From Eledone cirrhosa (taxonomy: Eukaryota), in NCBI GenBank assembly GCA_964016885.1, contig OZ024742.1, positions 308,202,001 to 308,266,000 of the forward strand: a stretch of DNA of 64,000 nt, given 5' to 3'. The notes under the pieces were generated by a model. It was not told where the DNA came from and did no database searches. It saw only the letters and a list, made by a program, of their open reading frames with translations. Within the stretch, counting starts at the first letter, position 1. The number at the start of each line of letters is the position of its first letter. Positions 1 through 15,242 of this stretch are shown here, piece after piece. The position numbers and the translations under genes are program-made.

Positions 1-1067
1 ATCATAGAATGTCTTAAGAAATATTTTGAATAGAATTTTATTGCTTATTTTTCTGTAATTTAGCATTAATTTATGAAGAGGTACTTTAGAAATAACAGTT
101 AAGTTTTAAGTAAAAAATCAATTTTCAGTTAACGTGACCAGCACACAATATGGACATTTATACGCTGCATGGATACTCATGTGAACAGTTCTTCCTTGTC
201 CCTTCCTTTCTTAACTTCTACATACTTTAGGCCAGTTTACATACTATGGCAATCTACAACGATGTTTGTGCTTTCTGTCGTGATTGCCAATGACTCTCCG
301 ATCCAACAATAGTAGAGATTCATGGTATATTCTGAGATAAACATCCATTTATAGGAAGAGTCTTTAGAAAAGATTCCTTAGAAAATATATTGTGTGGAAG
401 GGAAAAAATATAACAAACCAAATGATAACAAATGGACTAATGGAAATTTAAGATTGTTTATAGCACGCTCAGTTAACACAAAATCCATATGCTAATGACA
501 AAAATCAATCAATCCACTATATGTATTATAGCAGTAATGAGAGGTCATATTCAATACTTTTGAATTGGATATAGGTGTACAATTTTCTAAACATATCTAC
601 GCTACAGAGGTTTGCTTATGGAAGTTTCTAGGACCTCTGTTTCATTGGGTTCCGAAACCACTATAATAGATAATGGATATGTATGTATATCTATAGGCAT
701 GCTTCTGTATGCATGTATGTCCACCTGTAATTTACTGATTAGTTAAACATGTTTATTTGATGCCATCAATTAATATCTTTTACGTAACAGAAACACCAAC
801 TTGATTAGAAATAAGAGGTAATCGTCGAATCAATGTTACCAGATACGTTACATTAAATGTAACCTACTCAAAGCCGCATAGAACCAATTCTTCCCTGGCG
901 TTCCTGTGTGAGTTCTGAGAAATGGATAATTTATAAGTACCACATATACGGTCATTGATTTCAACGGTATATCTTATTAAATTCTCATATAAAGTTAATA
1001 GATTTTATTGATCTCATGAAACATGACATTACATAATTACAATTAGAATACCAAATATGGCATTCCA

Positions 1068-1091
1068 AACAACAACAACAACAACCACATC

Positions 1092-1132
<41 letters not shown>

Positions 1133-1133
1133 C
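1068..1133. repeat. (AAC)n microsatellite
   Basis: Direct run of aac units; explains the poly-V ORF 1029-1253. Confidence 0.95.
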
Positions 1134-2658
1134 TAGTGGAGTGCTGTAACCATGAAAAATTACTTTTGAACATAATATAAACATTCCTATTGTTCTGTTG
1201 TTATCTGATTTAGAAAAGCATTTATCTATCGGATATTTGATTCGTGTTTTCACCTAACCCGTTTGTTAATGAAATGTGTATCAACTAAAGATCATTAGGT
1301 GAATAATTCTGGGCTGATAAGGCACCAATCTCTACTCCTTCTTTCTTGTAGCCACAGTAGTCGTTATACATTTTAAATTATTTCTTCAAATATCTCACAT
1401 CATTTTTCCTACAGGGTGCATGTGGAGTTTAACCTACCGACACAATGCGAAACATGATATATGATTTGACTTAAAATCTGATAATTTACGAGTCCTCTAT
1501 ATTTTTAATAAATGCGGCCAAGTGAATCATCATTGAGAAAGAAATTATTGATATAATTTATCTGAAGTCCTAAAACATTGCTGTCTGAAATGATATGTGT
1601 TAACGAATTGGTTATCACATTGGCGTTTACCAACACATTCACATATAAATTATTCTGGATACCATGCTTTTATAGATTTGAAACTTAGTATTTATCTTTC
1701 TGAACACAAACTGCATTAATCTCTGACTCTCTTTGCTTTCTAGATCCCAGTGTCTCGAAAATACATTATGTTACGAAAATAAATATTTCACAGTCTGATA
1801 TGTTACATGAGAAATTAAAAAAAAACATGTGTGTATATAATTTGATATGTATATAATATCTGATATAACATGTTTAGGGATTTGACTTTTTTGTAGTTGA
1901 CAATTTTTATTTTATTGTCTTTGGATGAGTAGATGAAATCAGAAAAAAATATCTCATAAAACTCGAATAGAAATATTTAGTATATAAACATATACATTTG
2001 TATATATTATGTTTTAGACTTTATTACAGCTTGAAATAACCTCTCGGGATTCTGCAACTGTATCGTCTTATAACATGGAAAGAACGCAAACGTACTTCAA
2101 AATAGGCAATAGATTATCTTAATTTTTAAACTAACATTCTACGTTGATATATTCTCAGAAGAAGAAAGAATGCATGAGTACATTAATACTATGTCATTTT
2201 TCGTTTTTATTTCTAAATCTGCAGATACCAAACACTCTAAAGTAATGTCTTCAACACGGATAGAAAATGTATAAAAATGGTGCATGTTTTATCTGAATAG
2301 TTGATGTAGTGGCAGTAAAGGATAAAGATTTATTCTTTGTCCAATAAATTGGGTCATTTGTATGTAATTTGATAAGAAATGTTCCTTTTGTTTTACTTAG
2401 CTTAGGGAATACGAATATATTAACAGCTTTCTAATGAACAAAATATATATATTTCGTTTGAATCTTATTTGTTAACGTTTCTAATAACAAGAAGAGAGAT
2501 TAAATGGCTACTAAATCAGCAATATCTTCTCTAGATTAGAATACTAAAATGCTTCCTTTAAAACTATCATACGCATTATCACTTTCCGTAGAGATTCAAT
2601 TTATTAGCAAATACACAGGAATGACATACGAGATAACGTTAATAGAATGCGATATTAA

Positions 2659-2810
2659 ATAATTGTTTCTACTTATGGCACAAGACCAGCAATTACCCAG
2701 TGCATTCCTGGGACTTTATTTTATCGACCCCGTAAGGATGAAAGGCAAAGTTAACCTCGGCGGGATTTGAACTCAGTCCGTAAAGGGACTGAGTTCAAAT
2801 CCCGTCGAGG
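2659..2810 (-). mobile_element. tRNA-derived SINE (family A), 5'-truncated with fold-back 5' end
   Basis: Matches the other family A copies (tail tagaaacaattatt, core gcctttcatccttacggggtcgataaaataaag, B box gagttcaaatcc); 14-bp TSD gaatgcgatattaa at 2645-2658 and 2816-2829. Confidence 0.9.
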
Positions 2811-5673
2811 ATATTGAATGCGATATTAAGTAATGACGATGAACTTAAAGTTTATCTTGATTCCATTTTAAAACATTATCAGAAAATAACATCAATCCCC
2901 TGAATATTCATAAATATAACTATTACAATATATCAATATGAATTTCTATTAAGGGTTAGTGTGGGTTTTCAAGAAATGAAGCGATACTTTGAAGAAGAAT
3001 ACTGATAGTCCTTTGGGAAACAACAAGAAATCAACTGAACTTAGAGATAAAAAGAATTTGTATTATATATTTAATATTTAATCATAGTTTCAAAGCCTCA
3101 GCGCGGGATTAGGAAAGATATAATAATTAACCTATGCATAGTCAATTAACAAGATAATTAAGTAGATAACGTAATAATTATAATTAGCAACATAAATCCG
3201 CGTATAAACCAAAACTCAACTAAATCTAATAGTATTTTTACTTCAATCATCATGTATACAGTTTTAATTTCTTCTTACCTGTCATTTAACATTTAGCTAT
3301 TTCAACCTTCCTGATAGCGCTTTTCTCTATTCACTGAAAAATATGTATATTTTTATTCAATACATTGGGAATTTATTCAACTATTTTATTGTCCATCCAA
3401 GATGACTATTGTGTATATGATTTTATCGTAAATCAATGAAATTACACAACATTCGCGGTAATCACTCTATTTCCATCAATGTATAATTAGAGAGCGTTTG
3501 ATCTCTCTTTGCAGAGGTTTTACTATCTATTGTTGTGAAAACGCAGGACGAAGACACTGTCAAGATAAGCCAAGTAGTCCAATATTTTACGTCTATACCA
3601 CCGTCCTTTGACATGAAAATACTGTCCCTCATTAAGTTACCAAACAACTAATAATTTATTCCATTTCATTAATCTTGTTGCATTGTTCTTGTTTTTGTCT
3701 TATTTTGAACATTTATAAACAAACATACAATTGAATTTAATCTTTTATTAATTCATTTTATATTAACAATATCAAAACATTTTGTCATACATTTAGTATG
3801 TAGTCATTAATTCTCTTCTCCCTGGTTCTTTATTCTTTACTATATATTTTTCATTAATTATTCATCTTCAATTAGTTATGGCATTGTAACGACTAGATGT
3901 ACAAATAACTGTGAAACTTATCTGTGATATATAATATCGCCTATTTAGTCATGCCAAACTAGTTTAATTATATTTATTTCTAAAAGTTATATTATTAGTA
4001 TGTTTATGATGATCCTGTTGTTGAAATAGTAAGATGCCGGATTAGACGTTTTACTGAATCTTGTAGTGTACGACATTGTTCGAGGCCAGCTTCCACCAGC
4101 GTCAATGTTTCATTTTATTATGTTGGATTGCGTAAATCAAGTAGCAATAATAAAATGAATTGGATTAATTGAGTCTCTTCGCTTCGAACTAAATATAGGC
4201 CTTTTTTTTATTATAATGACTTTTTTTAGTTATTAAATAAAACTTTGAATTGTATGTAACCTGTAAACAAAGAGTCATTGTTTCATATGTAATAAATACC
4301 AACTTATCGAGGCGCTATAAGTGGTATGCTGTTGTTACGGTATCTAAAACATTGGATGTATCACGAAAATTTAATTAACATGTCATAGAAACATGTATCA
4401 ACTCTCATGCAGAAAAAAAAGTTAGAATTATTGCCTTCCTGGAATGTGTGCCAATATACTTTTCATATCAAATATGTTACTTAAAACAACATTTCTGTAA
4501 AGTCGTATTAAAATAATGTATCAAATGATGTCAATAACAATATGAATAACTGGTGCTTGATAGCAAAATTTGTCTTTATATAACGTTTATCTAGAGCATG
4601 ACGATGGCAGAGACCGCTACACACCAAATACTACTCTTCGATGTTTTTGATACTTGTAATTATAGTTAAAAGAGAACTCAATAATTATAAAGACCTAGCG
4701 CTTATTACAGTTATAGGCTTACGTGTACTACTTGACATTTATAATAATATCTAAGAGTTATGTTTGATGCCTAGACACAACAACTACAGCTGATAACTTT
4801 AGACGTAAGACAGCTCTCCTAAAACATTTATTTCGTTATTTTTCTAAAATCCTCTCGACGGAGTCAAAAAATCTATAAGTATATAATTATTTTTAAGAAT
4901 CACTCCACTTATATTTCGTATATCGTTTTCCATATCCTCCACACTTTTTGTAGATATAGTGTATCACAAGTTACCTAAGTGTTTAAGGGACTATGCGATA
5001 AAGAGCATTGTCTCATTATTTGAAATGAGGAGTAATTTTATCTCGCCAATGCAAGCACACTAATCTTTAAGCTATTAATTTGTGCTTCAAATGTATATCT
5101 ATCCCCAATTTAACTATATAGAGAGAGCTGCATCAAGCCCCACAACAATTGTCTCCTAGAATAGTACATCACAGAAGCAGCGGCATAATTTCAACTGTTC
5201 TGGACTCTCGTTCAATAACGAATCTCTTCCGCAAAGTGAACAACTTCATATGAGATTTTGCAAAATTAGATTATGATGTTCATAAAAAGTTTGTGAAACA
5301 TTAATATCAATGCATAAGCATTGAATGCCAACAATGATTTACAATGTTGGATGGCTACCGTTTATCAATCCTCGTCAGTTATCTTAGAATTGAGTTATAA
5401 TGGCAATTACCAAATTCTCACTATAACCATTATGGTGTAACAATTTCTAGCTTATTACTTTTTGAAGCAAGCGGAAAGTTGTACATAATAGATCAAAAAC
5501 GACCGCATGAAATGTTTTTGTTTTAGGAACAATGCTATTAACTAAGGTGTGTGGATAACAACAGGAAATCAGTAAAAGGAATGGAAAATAACGAGTGAAA
5601 CTACCGCTGTTTGGCTTTTAGGAATGTATATCATTTTCTGTACCATTACTTCCTCTTATTTTAGAATAACTGC

Positions 5674-5873
5674 NNNNNNNNNNNNNNNNNNNNNNNNNNN
5701 NNNNNNNNNNNNNNNNNNNNNNNNNNNNNNNNNNNNNNNNNNNNNNNNNNNNNNNNNNNNNNNNNNNNNNNNNNNNNNNNNNNNNNNNNNNNNNNNNNNN
5801 NNNNNNNNNNNNNNNNNNNNNNNNNNNNNNNNNNNNNNNNNNNNNNNNNNNNNNNNNNNNNNNNNNNNNNNNN
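5674..5873. other. Assembly gap (200 N)
   Basis: Run of n characters. Confidence 1.
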
Positions 5874-6694
<821 letters not shown>

Positions 6695-7089
6695 GTAGAC
6701 GCTTCAGTAGATCCGTAGAAAACTGGTGAGGGGTACGAATGTCAGCACTCCTTGCTAGAGCAGAGTGTATAAAATAAGAACAAAGTGGAGGTGTTACATT
6801 AAGACATTTATTGATCAATAATTTCTTAATGTATATATATATATATATGTATATATATGCGTGTATGTTTGTGTGTACGACAAGAAGCTCCCACGAAACA
6901 CGCCACATAATATGGTAGTGAGTTATTTGACGTAATATCCACACGAAACTGAAGTATCTGCATTTGATACTGATATAACTGAATATATATAAACCTGTCC
7001 CACGGACCGAGTGATCTAAATCCTTGGATATTTATACAACCCTATTACTACAACATATATATACAAATAATGGCTACATCTTGGTTCAA

Positions 7090-7430
7090 TATTTACACAT
7101 CCCTTGTTAGTTTTCTCACACATCGGTGGGAGGAATGACATTTTCGGCCCTGGCAAGGACCCTAAATTTCTTTCGCATAAGCAGCTGTGATAGAAACAAG
7201 TAAAAGCCATACTCACTCATTGTATGTGAAAGCTGTTTAATATGGCACTGACCAATCCCAATCTCTGAATAACGGTGAGAGGTATGAAAAAAGCAGGACA
7301 TCATTGACTACCATCGAGTCGCAGGTTTTGCCTCACAGTTTTTCTGGCCCTAGAATGATGCCCTGAAAAGAACAATGTGTCTCACACTCGCGGTGGGCTA
7401 ACCGCGTGCTCGTGCAGCAAACCGAATATT
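7090..7430 (-). mobile_element. Possible degraded Tc1/mariner transposase N-terminal fragment
   Basis: Minus-strand peptide pieces (QGIILGPEKL, HRYSEIGIGQCHIK, MSEYGFY, KKFRVL) loosely follow the GRPRK/HTH layout of Tc1 transposases; frameshifted, no TIRs seen. Confidence 0.25.
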
Positions 7431-8024
7431 TCCAGGTTTCTAAGCACACACACACACACACACACAAGCACACACACACACACTCACGCACACACACACA
7501 CATACACACAAACACACTTACACTCATACACTCATATATATATATATATATATTGCATTAATTTGTGTAATCAATGATAATTATATTTTCCCGCACCACT
7601 CAATGTTTCACTAAAAAATCTGAAATATATTCCATAAAACATTGAAAACGAGGTCATTATCTCCGTGTCTCATCGATACTGAAACCGTACAACTTTATGA
7701 CAACATTTCATCCGATAATTGATTTGCAGCTAGTATATGCCGATGGCATTCAGTCACCAAACTACTAGGCTGGATTCTATGAATAACATCTCCATAGGCG
7801 ATCAGACAAGTGTTTCTATTAAAATCAGAGACAAGAACACTTAACAGCAGCTCATGTGATACAGCCAACAGCTATAAGGCAAGTATGTTAAAAGGGTTTG
7901 GTGGATTTGTGACATAGTTACAAATTACAGACCAAAACACAAATTCAGGCAGCATATTAATCTTAGTTTCTACACGAGTGCCAAAATAAATACATTGTGA
8001 CGATAATTGAATAAATCTCTTTGA

Positions 8025-8140
8025 AGTAGTTCGATCCCAGTATATGATATATTGGGCAACAATATTTTTTCTGCAGCCCCGGTACGACCTAAATTTAGTG
8101 AGAACTTGGGTAAAGGGAGATCGTATGGAAGCCAGTCAGA
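8025..8140 (+). mobile_element. Degraded tRNA-derived SINE fragment
   Basis: B-box-like agttcgatccc followed by ttgggcaac and gtgag...tgggtaaagggag...ggaagccagtc; a related minus-strand copy lies near 44830-44990. Confidence 0.45.
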
Positions 8141-8297
8141 CTTCTAACACACAAGGATCAGTTTTGTCATAAGCTGTATCATCGAGGAATCTCCACGAGA
8201 ATTGCTTTAACGTTACATATGAATGCACAAGAATCAAGTACTTCTACATTACGTTCACGAGCATCACAAGCACCCATCGCCCCAAATCTAATTTATA

Positions 8298-8377
<80 letters not shown>

Positions 8378-8379
8378 CA

Positions 8380-8700
8380 TATGGCCAAATGAGATTAAGG
8401 AATTAGCATTACAATTTTGGGTTTGGAGTTCGGTCCCACTACGTGGCATCATAAACAAGTGTTATGTACCATAACCATGCATTGCGGGTAATCCTGGGCA
8501 CATGGGAACTATTTCAGAGTCCATCTGAGGTGGACTCTACCTGTTTTGCAAAGAGACAGCTTTGTTACTCATTGCGGCAAGCTGAATTTCCATGAAAATT
8601 ATGTTATTGGCACACGTGTCTGTGGAATATTAAGTCACTTATAACATAATCTCTCGAGCAATTGGAACACTGGTCTTCCAAGCCGATGGACGTCCGTTCC
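8380..8700 (+). mobile_element. Degraded tRNA-derived (CORE-like) SINE
   Basis: A-box-like tggccaaatgag, B-box-like ggagttcggtccc, then CORE-like acaagtgttat. Confidence 0.5.
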
Positions 8701-8823
8701 TTCTCCTACTTCTTTCCCTCTCTCTCCTTCCTCCCTCTCTATCCTCCTCTCCTCCCTCTCTATCTCTATACATCTCTATCAAAATATATCAATTATGTCT
8801 GATATTTGTGCTTCTGAATAGAA

Positions 8824-8929
<106 letters not shown>

Positions 8930-9583
8930 AAGAGAGGGAGAGATAGAGACAGGGACGGATAGAGACAGAGACTTAAAAAATTGCATTGTCTTGTTATTCG
9001 GCTAATAGATGCATTTCGTTCTTTCAAACTTTTGTAATTGGAAATATCTTTGATATTTTTCATTAATTTATCATGATTTCAGATTTATAACTGTAAGGTG
9101 TTATTACTATTATTTTCACTTTAATGTTTTGTTTCACAACATTCATTAAAAACAATGCTCTTAAAATATAAACTAACATCGATTTTCTTAACCGATCGAT
9201 ATAGAAAAATATCTACTTACATATGAAATAAAAAAATATTTGTTTTCTGTTTATAATTAATTCCTATTTATAAAGCGAATACTAATTTCCATGTGAAAAG
9301 CAGTGAGAGTCATTTCAATTGTTGATCCCCTTCAGAAAATAATATCAGTGATAATGAGATTCATATCTAGTGTGAGGCGGTGTTAATACTAAATTGGATA
9401 TAGGAATCAACACCGTTAATACCGGGCTCAGTAATATAGTTGCACATGTAATAAAGTGTAAACTGAATAGTTCAAAGATTTATTTTTCATCTCAACTTCT
9501 CAACTATTACACAGTTGCGATATTTTCTTCTTCCATCTTACTTGACTTGAAGAAAGGAAATGAAATTATAAACTATTTTCATA

Positions 9584-9618
<35 letters not shown>

Positions 9619-9746
9619 TGACTCTGTTTTCCGTTAATTTTCACCGAAAATAGTTTTTGAATGCATCTTCTCTTTTCATGATATCCGGATTACATTGAGT
9701 TCTTCATACGGATTGGACACTACCGTAAATGTTTGGTAGATTTATC

Positions 9747-9784
<38 letters not shown>

Positions 9785-9837
9785 GAGAGAGAGAGAGAGC
9801 ACTCTTTTTTCCTGAACCTTTCCGACGGAATTACTTC

Positions 9838-9875
<38 letters not shown>

Positions 9876-9922
9876 TCAGTGATATTAAATAAATGGAAAC
9901 TATATTTATAAAACCATATTCA

Positions 9923-9979
9923 TTCTATTATATATATTTCAAGGGTACCAAAACTTTGGTACGCTTTCATCAGATAAAA
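9923..9979 (-). ncRNA. Type I minimal hammerhead ribozyme
   Basis: Minus strand reads ttttat-CTGATGA-aagcgtaccaaa gt tttggtaccctt-GAAA-tatata-TA-atagaa: intact core, long helix II, short palindromic helix III, AUA cleavage triplet, helix I ttttat/atagaa. Confidence 0.8.
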
Positions 9980-10118
9980 TACAAAGTTTGTTTGATGAAT
10001 TTTGACATAACCAAGAAAAGATACCTTAACGGTTCAAGTTTTTCTTGGATAGTGAAAAACTTGAACCGTTAAGGTATCTTTTCTTGGTTATGTCAAAATG
10101 TATGAAACAAACTTTGTA

Positions 10119-10175
10119 TTTTATCTGATAAAAGCGTACCAAAGTTTTGGTACCCTTGAAATATATATAATAGAA
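10119..10175 (+). ncRNA. Hammerhead ribozyme copy with G8>A core substitution
   Basis: Mirror copy in the right palindrome arm; the core reads CTGATAA instead of CTGATGA. Confidence 0.6.
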
Positions 10176-10304
10176 TGAATATGGTTTTATAAATATAGTT
10201 TCCATTTATTTAATATCATTGAATATTATACCCCAGAAAACTTGTCAGTTATAAACGTTTATATTTGTTGAATTACCAACAAATTGAATATCCCTTTTGC
10301 TTAT

Positions 10305-10329
10305 CTATATATATATATATAATATGCAT

Positions 10330-10364
<35 letters not shown>

Positions 10365-10388
10365 CGCATATATATATATTATATGCAT

Positions 10389-10422
<34 letters not shown>

Positions 10423-10437
10423 AATATATGACATATA

Positions 10438-10469
<32 letters not shown>

Positions 10470-10550
10470 ATATATATATGTATATATATATATGTAAGTG
10501 TCTGTATATATATATATATACACACACAGACACTTACATATATATATATG

Positions 10551-10630
<80 letters not shown>

Positions 10631-10725
10631 TATATAATATATATATATATATTTATATATATATATATTTATATATATATATATATAATGCATATATATA
10701 TATATATATAATGCATGTATATATG
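10305..10725. repeat. Compound (TA)n/(TG)n/(CA)n microsatellite
   Basis: Direct reading; source of several YI-repeat ORFs. Confidence 0.95.
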
Positions 10726-13020
10726 CAACGCAGGTTTTTCACAATGTAAAGTGGTCTAAGTTTGGCATATATGCATTCGGGGACTGGAAAAAATGGACAG
10801 CGTCCTCTGAGTACTGCTGATCACTTTTTGCCGTTTCCAGAAGCTTGTATGTCTAAATATTATACCATTTTTCATTGTCAAATAACACGCGTTTTTTAAT
10901 CGTATTATGTATTTATGCATATTTATATGTGTATGTGTAACTGATATTGTCTAGACGTAAGATTTTTTTTAAATAGAAACTGATTGTAACTGTACATGTT
11001 GCCTTAATATTGATAGATTTATGTAAATATTTTTGACTTACATATTTTGTAAAATATTTCTTTTCTCGTTAAATTATTAATCTTAAGAAAATTAAAACAA
11101 AACATTTTCTTAGATTTAAATGCATTTATTATTAAAGAAATTGTAGAAATACCTTCCGATTCATTCTCTCCAATATTTTTTGCTTAAAATAGATACATCT
11201 TTAGAACAAAATTTGAAACATTTCATTGTACTTATGTATTTTCTCAAGACATCTATGTTTTCTGATTTATATCTCTGCCATCTTATATCTTGCTACCTGA
11301 TATCAACATATTTCTTAGAATTAATGGTTCGTAGAAGCAAATATAAAAACAACTGTTGTCTTTTTCATTTGATGTATTATACAATATAACATTTGCATGC
11401 GAAGGCAGGATTTGATAACTGATGCCAACCTTTCGTTCATCACATACACTCACACACATATATATACATATATGTGTGTGTGTCTATATTTGAAATTTGC
11501 TATAAGAAAATGCTAACTTCGAAACAGGAGCTAGGAGCCTCTATGCCAAGACACAAACGAGTATATCATCTGATCCGATGGATCTGTTACGTGACACGAT
11601 GGTATGTACTGACATTGTTGACGTAACACCATTGCGCAGAGATATATGATTGCACGCGAGGGGAGTGTGGAGGCATTTGGCTATTAATTAATGGGAGGAG
11701 AAAATACGACGCACCAAATATTATAACAATTACCAAGCGAGTGGATAATCCGGCGAAAATGAAGATCAACAACTTTCCATGTAAAAGTTAGATATGCCGA
11801 ATTACAGGATCGTATATGGTAGGTATATTACATTGTATGTTTCTATATTGTCATCAAGATAATTGTCTTTTCCCGACATGCTCATGCAATAAAAAAAACA
11901 TTGTTCTTTTACGTTATTAACAAACAATATACTTGTATGTATATAACATGAAAATGTAACAAAATAAAATAAAAAATAAAATAAGCAAAAACTATAAGAA
12001 CACATTTACAGACTAGGATTTCTGAAGCAAAAAAAGCAAACAAATAAATAAATTGACTACTATTTCAGTTTGTGATTTGGATATAATTCACAATATGCTA
12101 ACATTCACAAGAAAAGAAAAAGGCTACATCTAAAAACAGTCCGTTTCACTATAAGATGGCCGAAAAATATTTTACATACAATAAACTGAATGAAGAAGAG
12201 TAAAAGAAATTCGTACCTCTCCTGGGATTGCTATAGACTTCTTTGACTGACGTTCGTTTGAAAAGAGCTGCAGAATCTTAGAATCAGCACCATTATGCTT
12301 TTATTTCTTGTTTCTTTGTTAAAAGCAATCAAATAAACCTGGAAAATGGAATTCCCTCTAGAGAATTGTTTGTTGGAGCTCTATTTATCATTGCTATTTC
12401 TGTATATTTCGTTATTGTTTTTTACTACCTACATTACTGGATGAACATAACAATCTGTTGTATATCGATTCTACTATGACTTGCTGTGAATAATTATTAT
12501 TTATGGTATTAATGCTATTAACAAATACTCTTGTCTATCCATTCTATTTTAGCTGAAGTTCTGACAAGGGCTATTATCTTTTATTTAAAGCAAGATGACA
12601 TATACAACAGTAAAAGCGTTACTACAAAAGCTATTAACTCATTATATGCAACTAGAAATTTAAGGTGAACATGCCACTGTGTGCTTTTGATTAAAAATAT
12701 ATTTTCGTTGCTAAGATTCCCAAACATTTCCACTTGTCCTCTCGCTTTACAATATCTATTTCACAAGACGTAAATGATTTAGTAACTAATGTAATATCAT
12801 CCTTATTGTTTATATTCCTAGGAGTGTAAAGTACGAAGATTCAATATTTAATAATTAATTCGAAAAGGCATAACATCCTATGAAATTTTTTTCTAATTTT
12901 GATATAAATCTATTTTTCAAACAAAATATTCAATTACTAATAATATTAGCCTTAGAATTGAAGAGCATTGCGATTTTGAACTTGGGTTACCCGAGATCTG
13001 TACATGAGTACCCAACCATA

Positions 13021-13044
<24 letters not shown>

Positions 13045-13055
<11 letters not shown>

Positions 13056-13680
13056 GGCATGGCGGAGGGCCGATTTAAGGAACGTTTCCTGAACCACCAG
13101 TCTACCTTCAGGTACCCGGACAGACGTTCATCCACGAAACTCGCGAGCCACGTATGGTCCCTCAAGGACTCAAGTATAGACTACTCCATTCAATGGAAAG
13201 CCATCACTAAGTCCAAACCATACGCAAGGGGAAATCCGACGTGTGGCTTATGTATTGACGAACGAATAACTATTCTAAAGAGATTACGCAATAGTGATTG
13301 CCTAAACACGAGAAATGAATTTTTCACATGTTGTCCACACGTCGCCAAACACCTCTGAATAATTACAAGGCTCCGGACTGATTCTTTGTAATTTTATTTT
13401 TCAAATAAACACTTTTCGGACTTTCGCAGTTATCATACTTACACCTCTCGCACGCAATCTAGTATTGCCTGTGTGAAGTGACCGGGTTTCTGCGCATGTG
13501 CGTTCGTACAGTTGTCCTTCCTGTTCCTATAACCATGCCCATTCCGAGCTTAGGATCCACTAAGGTGAAACAATTGTTCTCGGTATGGTGAACTAACTGT
13601 TGTGTAACCACTTCTACCTAACTCGTCCCATGGACTGATTGCTCTACCACTACGGATATTACCTTCCAGTGTTCCACCAC
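13045..13680 (+). mobile_element. Penelope-like element, 5'-truncated: GIY-YIG endonuclease C-terminus plus 3' region
   Basis: ORF 13047-13358 CVGMAEGRFKERFLNHQSTF...TKLASHVWSLK...IQWK...CGLCIDE...LNTRNEFFTCCPH fits the PLE GIY-YIG consensus (YIG..FKxRxxxH, CxLC..E, LNxRxE..CxH); (TA)n on both sides. Confidence 0.85.
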
Positions 13681-13889
13681 TATATATATATATATATTTA
13701 AAAAAGGAAAAAGAATGACTTGACTTATAGATCTGAACAATTTAATTTAATTTTCTATTATAATTTTACAATTTGGCTTTGTAGACTAGATCTACAAGTG
13801 ATGTCATTCCTTTATTTTATGTTATTTGTTAAATATACCTAACTGTACCAAGGATTTCACACATTTTCCAATATATATATATATATATA

Positions 13890-14041
<152 letters not shown>

Positions 14042-14488
14042 TATGTTTGTGTACTTATGTATTTGTGTATAAGCCACGCCATTTTTGTAAACTGATAAGT
14101 ATAACATGCAAGAATAACTTAATTCTATATAAGAACTTATATTTAGCCATGCTCTAATATATACTCCAATGTGGATCAGCTGAAGCCTTCTTCAATTCCA
14201 ATGTCAATTTGCTATATTATTTCTCTCTTCCTTTCCGAGAAGATATTGTTGAGGAACCCTAAATATATGTTCTTAAATAGAATTTATTGTTATGAAATTT
14301 TATTGTAGTATGGGTGTTTTAAAATTCATCTTAACAATATATAATATTAATATTTCTTCTAACTTACATACTTTGTTAGTTATTATATCTCGATAGTTAA
14401 TCAATTTATTTATTAATACAATTATATTGAGAGAGATGGTTGGCGTTTAATATCCTTTCACCTGCTTCCCATTATGTGCATGATTCAG

Positions 14489-14610
14489 AGGCGATGGACT
14501 ATGTAAAGCCAAGGTTTCCCAGCTATAAATAATTACGACGGTGTGGTGTAGTTTACACTGCAAGCAATGGCAGCACTGTAAAATTAACAAGTGTTTCATT
14601 AGCTGACAGT
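14489..14610 (+). pseudogene. Decayed Ig-domain-like exon (A/B strands)
   Basis: After ttcag it reads EAMDYVKPRFPSYK*LRRCGVVYTASNGSTVKLTSV, resembling I-set PRF...V..GSTVKLTC with the Cys codon as agt and an in-frame stop. Confidence 0.35.
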
Positions 14611-15242
14611 ATCAAGTTTTAGTCATCAATGCAACTGGTGAAATTAGTTTCTGACCAAACCAATATATATTTTCATGTGGATAATTACAGGAAATCTAGG
14701 TATTGAGTTTTGTCTCAGTGACTACATCTGATTACGGGAATAAAAAACCACGCCCCGACCATAACTCCCGTCATTATCTCTAATATCATAACAAATATCA
14801 TTACAATCGTATCCACTATCTGTATCAGGTTAACTACAATGATTATCATCATCATTCTTCTCATCCTCACTAACAATATGATCATCGTCATCCTCATAAT
14901 CCTCATCATAGATGCAATATATTTGTTAATATATATCCATATTTGACTACATCTTTTTAATATGAATTAATATAATTATTTCGCTTTCCAACAATTTTGG
15001 AATATTTCATGTTAGCTAAAGTGTTTTACTCCGGTAACTCCGTTAATTATAATATGCTGTTTACTACTGTTGAGTTCTATGACAGCATCGTAAAATGATA
15101 CTTTATTCCCCACCAACATTAAATACTGCAGTGACGCTACAGATTGATATAGAATATTATGGCAGAGTCCACGTCATCTCATACAGAATATACCTAGTGA
15201 CATAATATGACTTTTTTTGTTTTTTTGTTTTTTTTTGCTAAG

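Larger units (their letters stand above)
9876..10222. repeat. Palindrome with 169-bp arms and 9-nt loop (Penelope pLTR-like fold-back)
   Basis: Arms 9876-10044 and 10054-10222 are near-perfect reverse complements around ttggatagt; embedded in (TA)n. Confidence 0.95.

Noticed and set aside
13530-13590. Hammerhead in the 3' region of the first PLE fragment (also near 38803)
   Set aside because: Helices and gaaacaattgt are present but the CTGANGA core is not recognisable; at most a decayed remnant.
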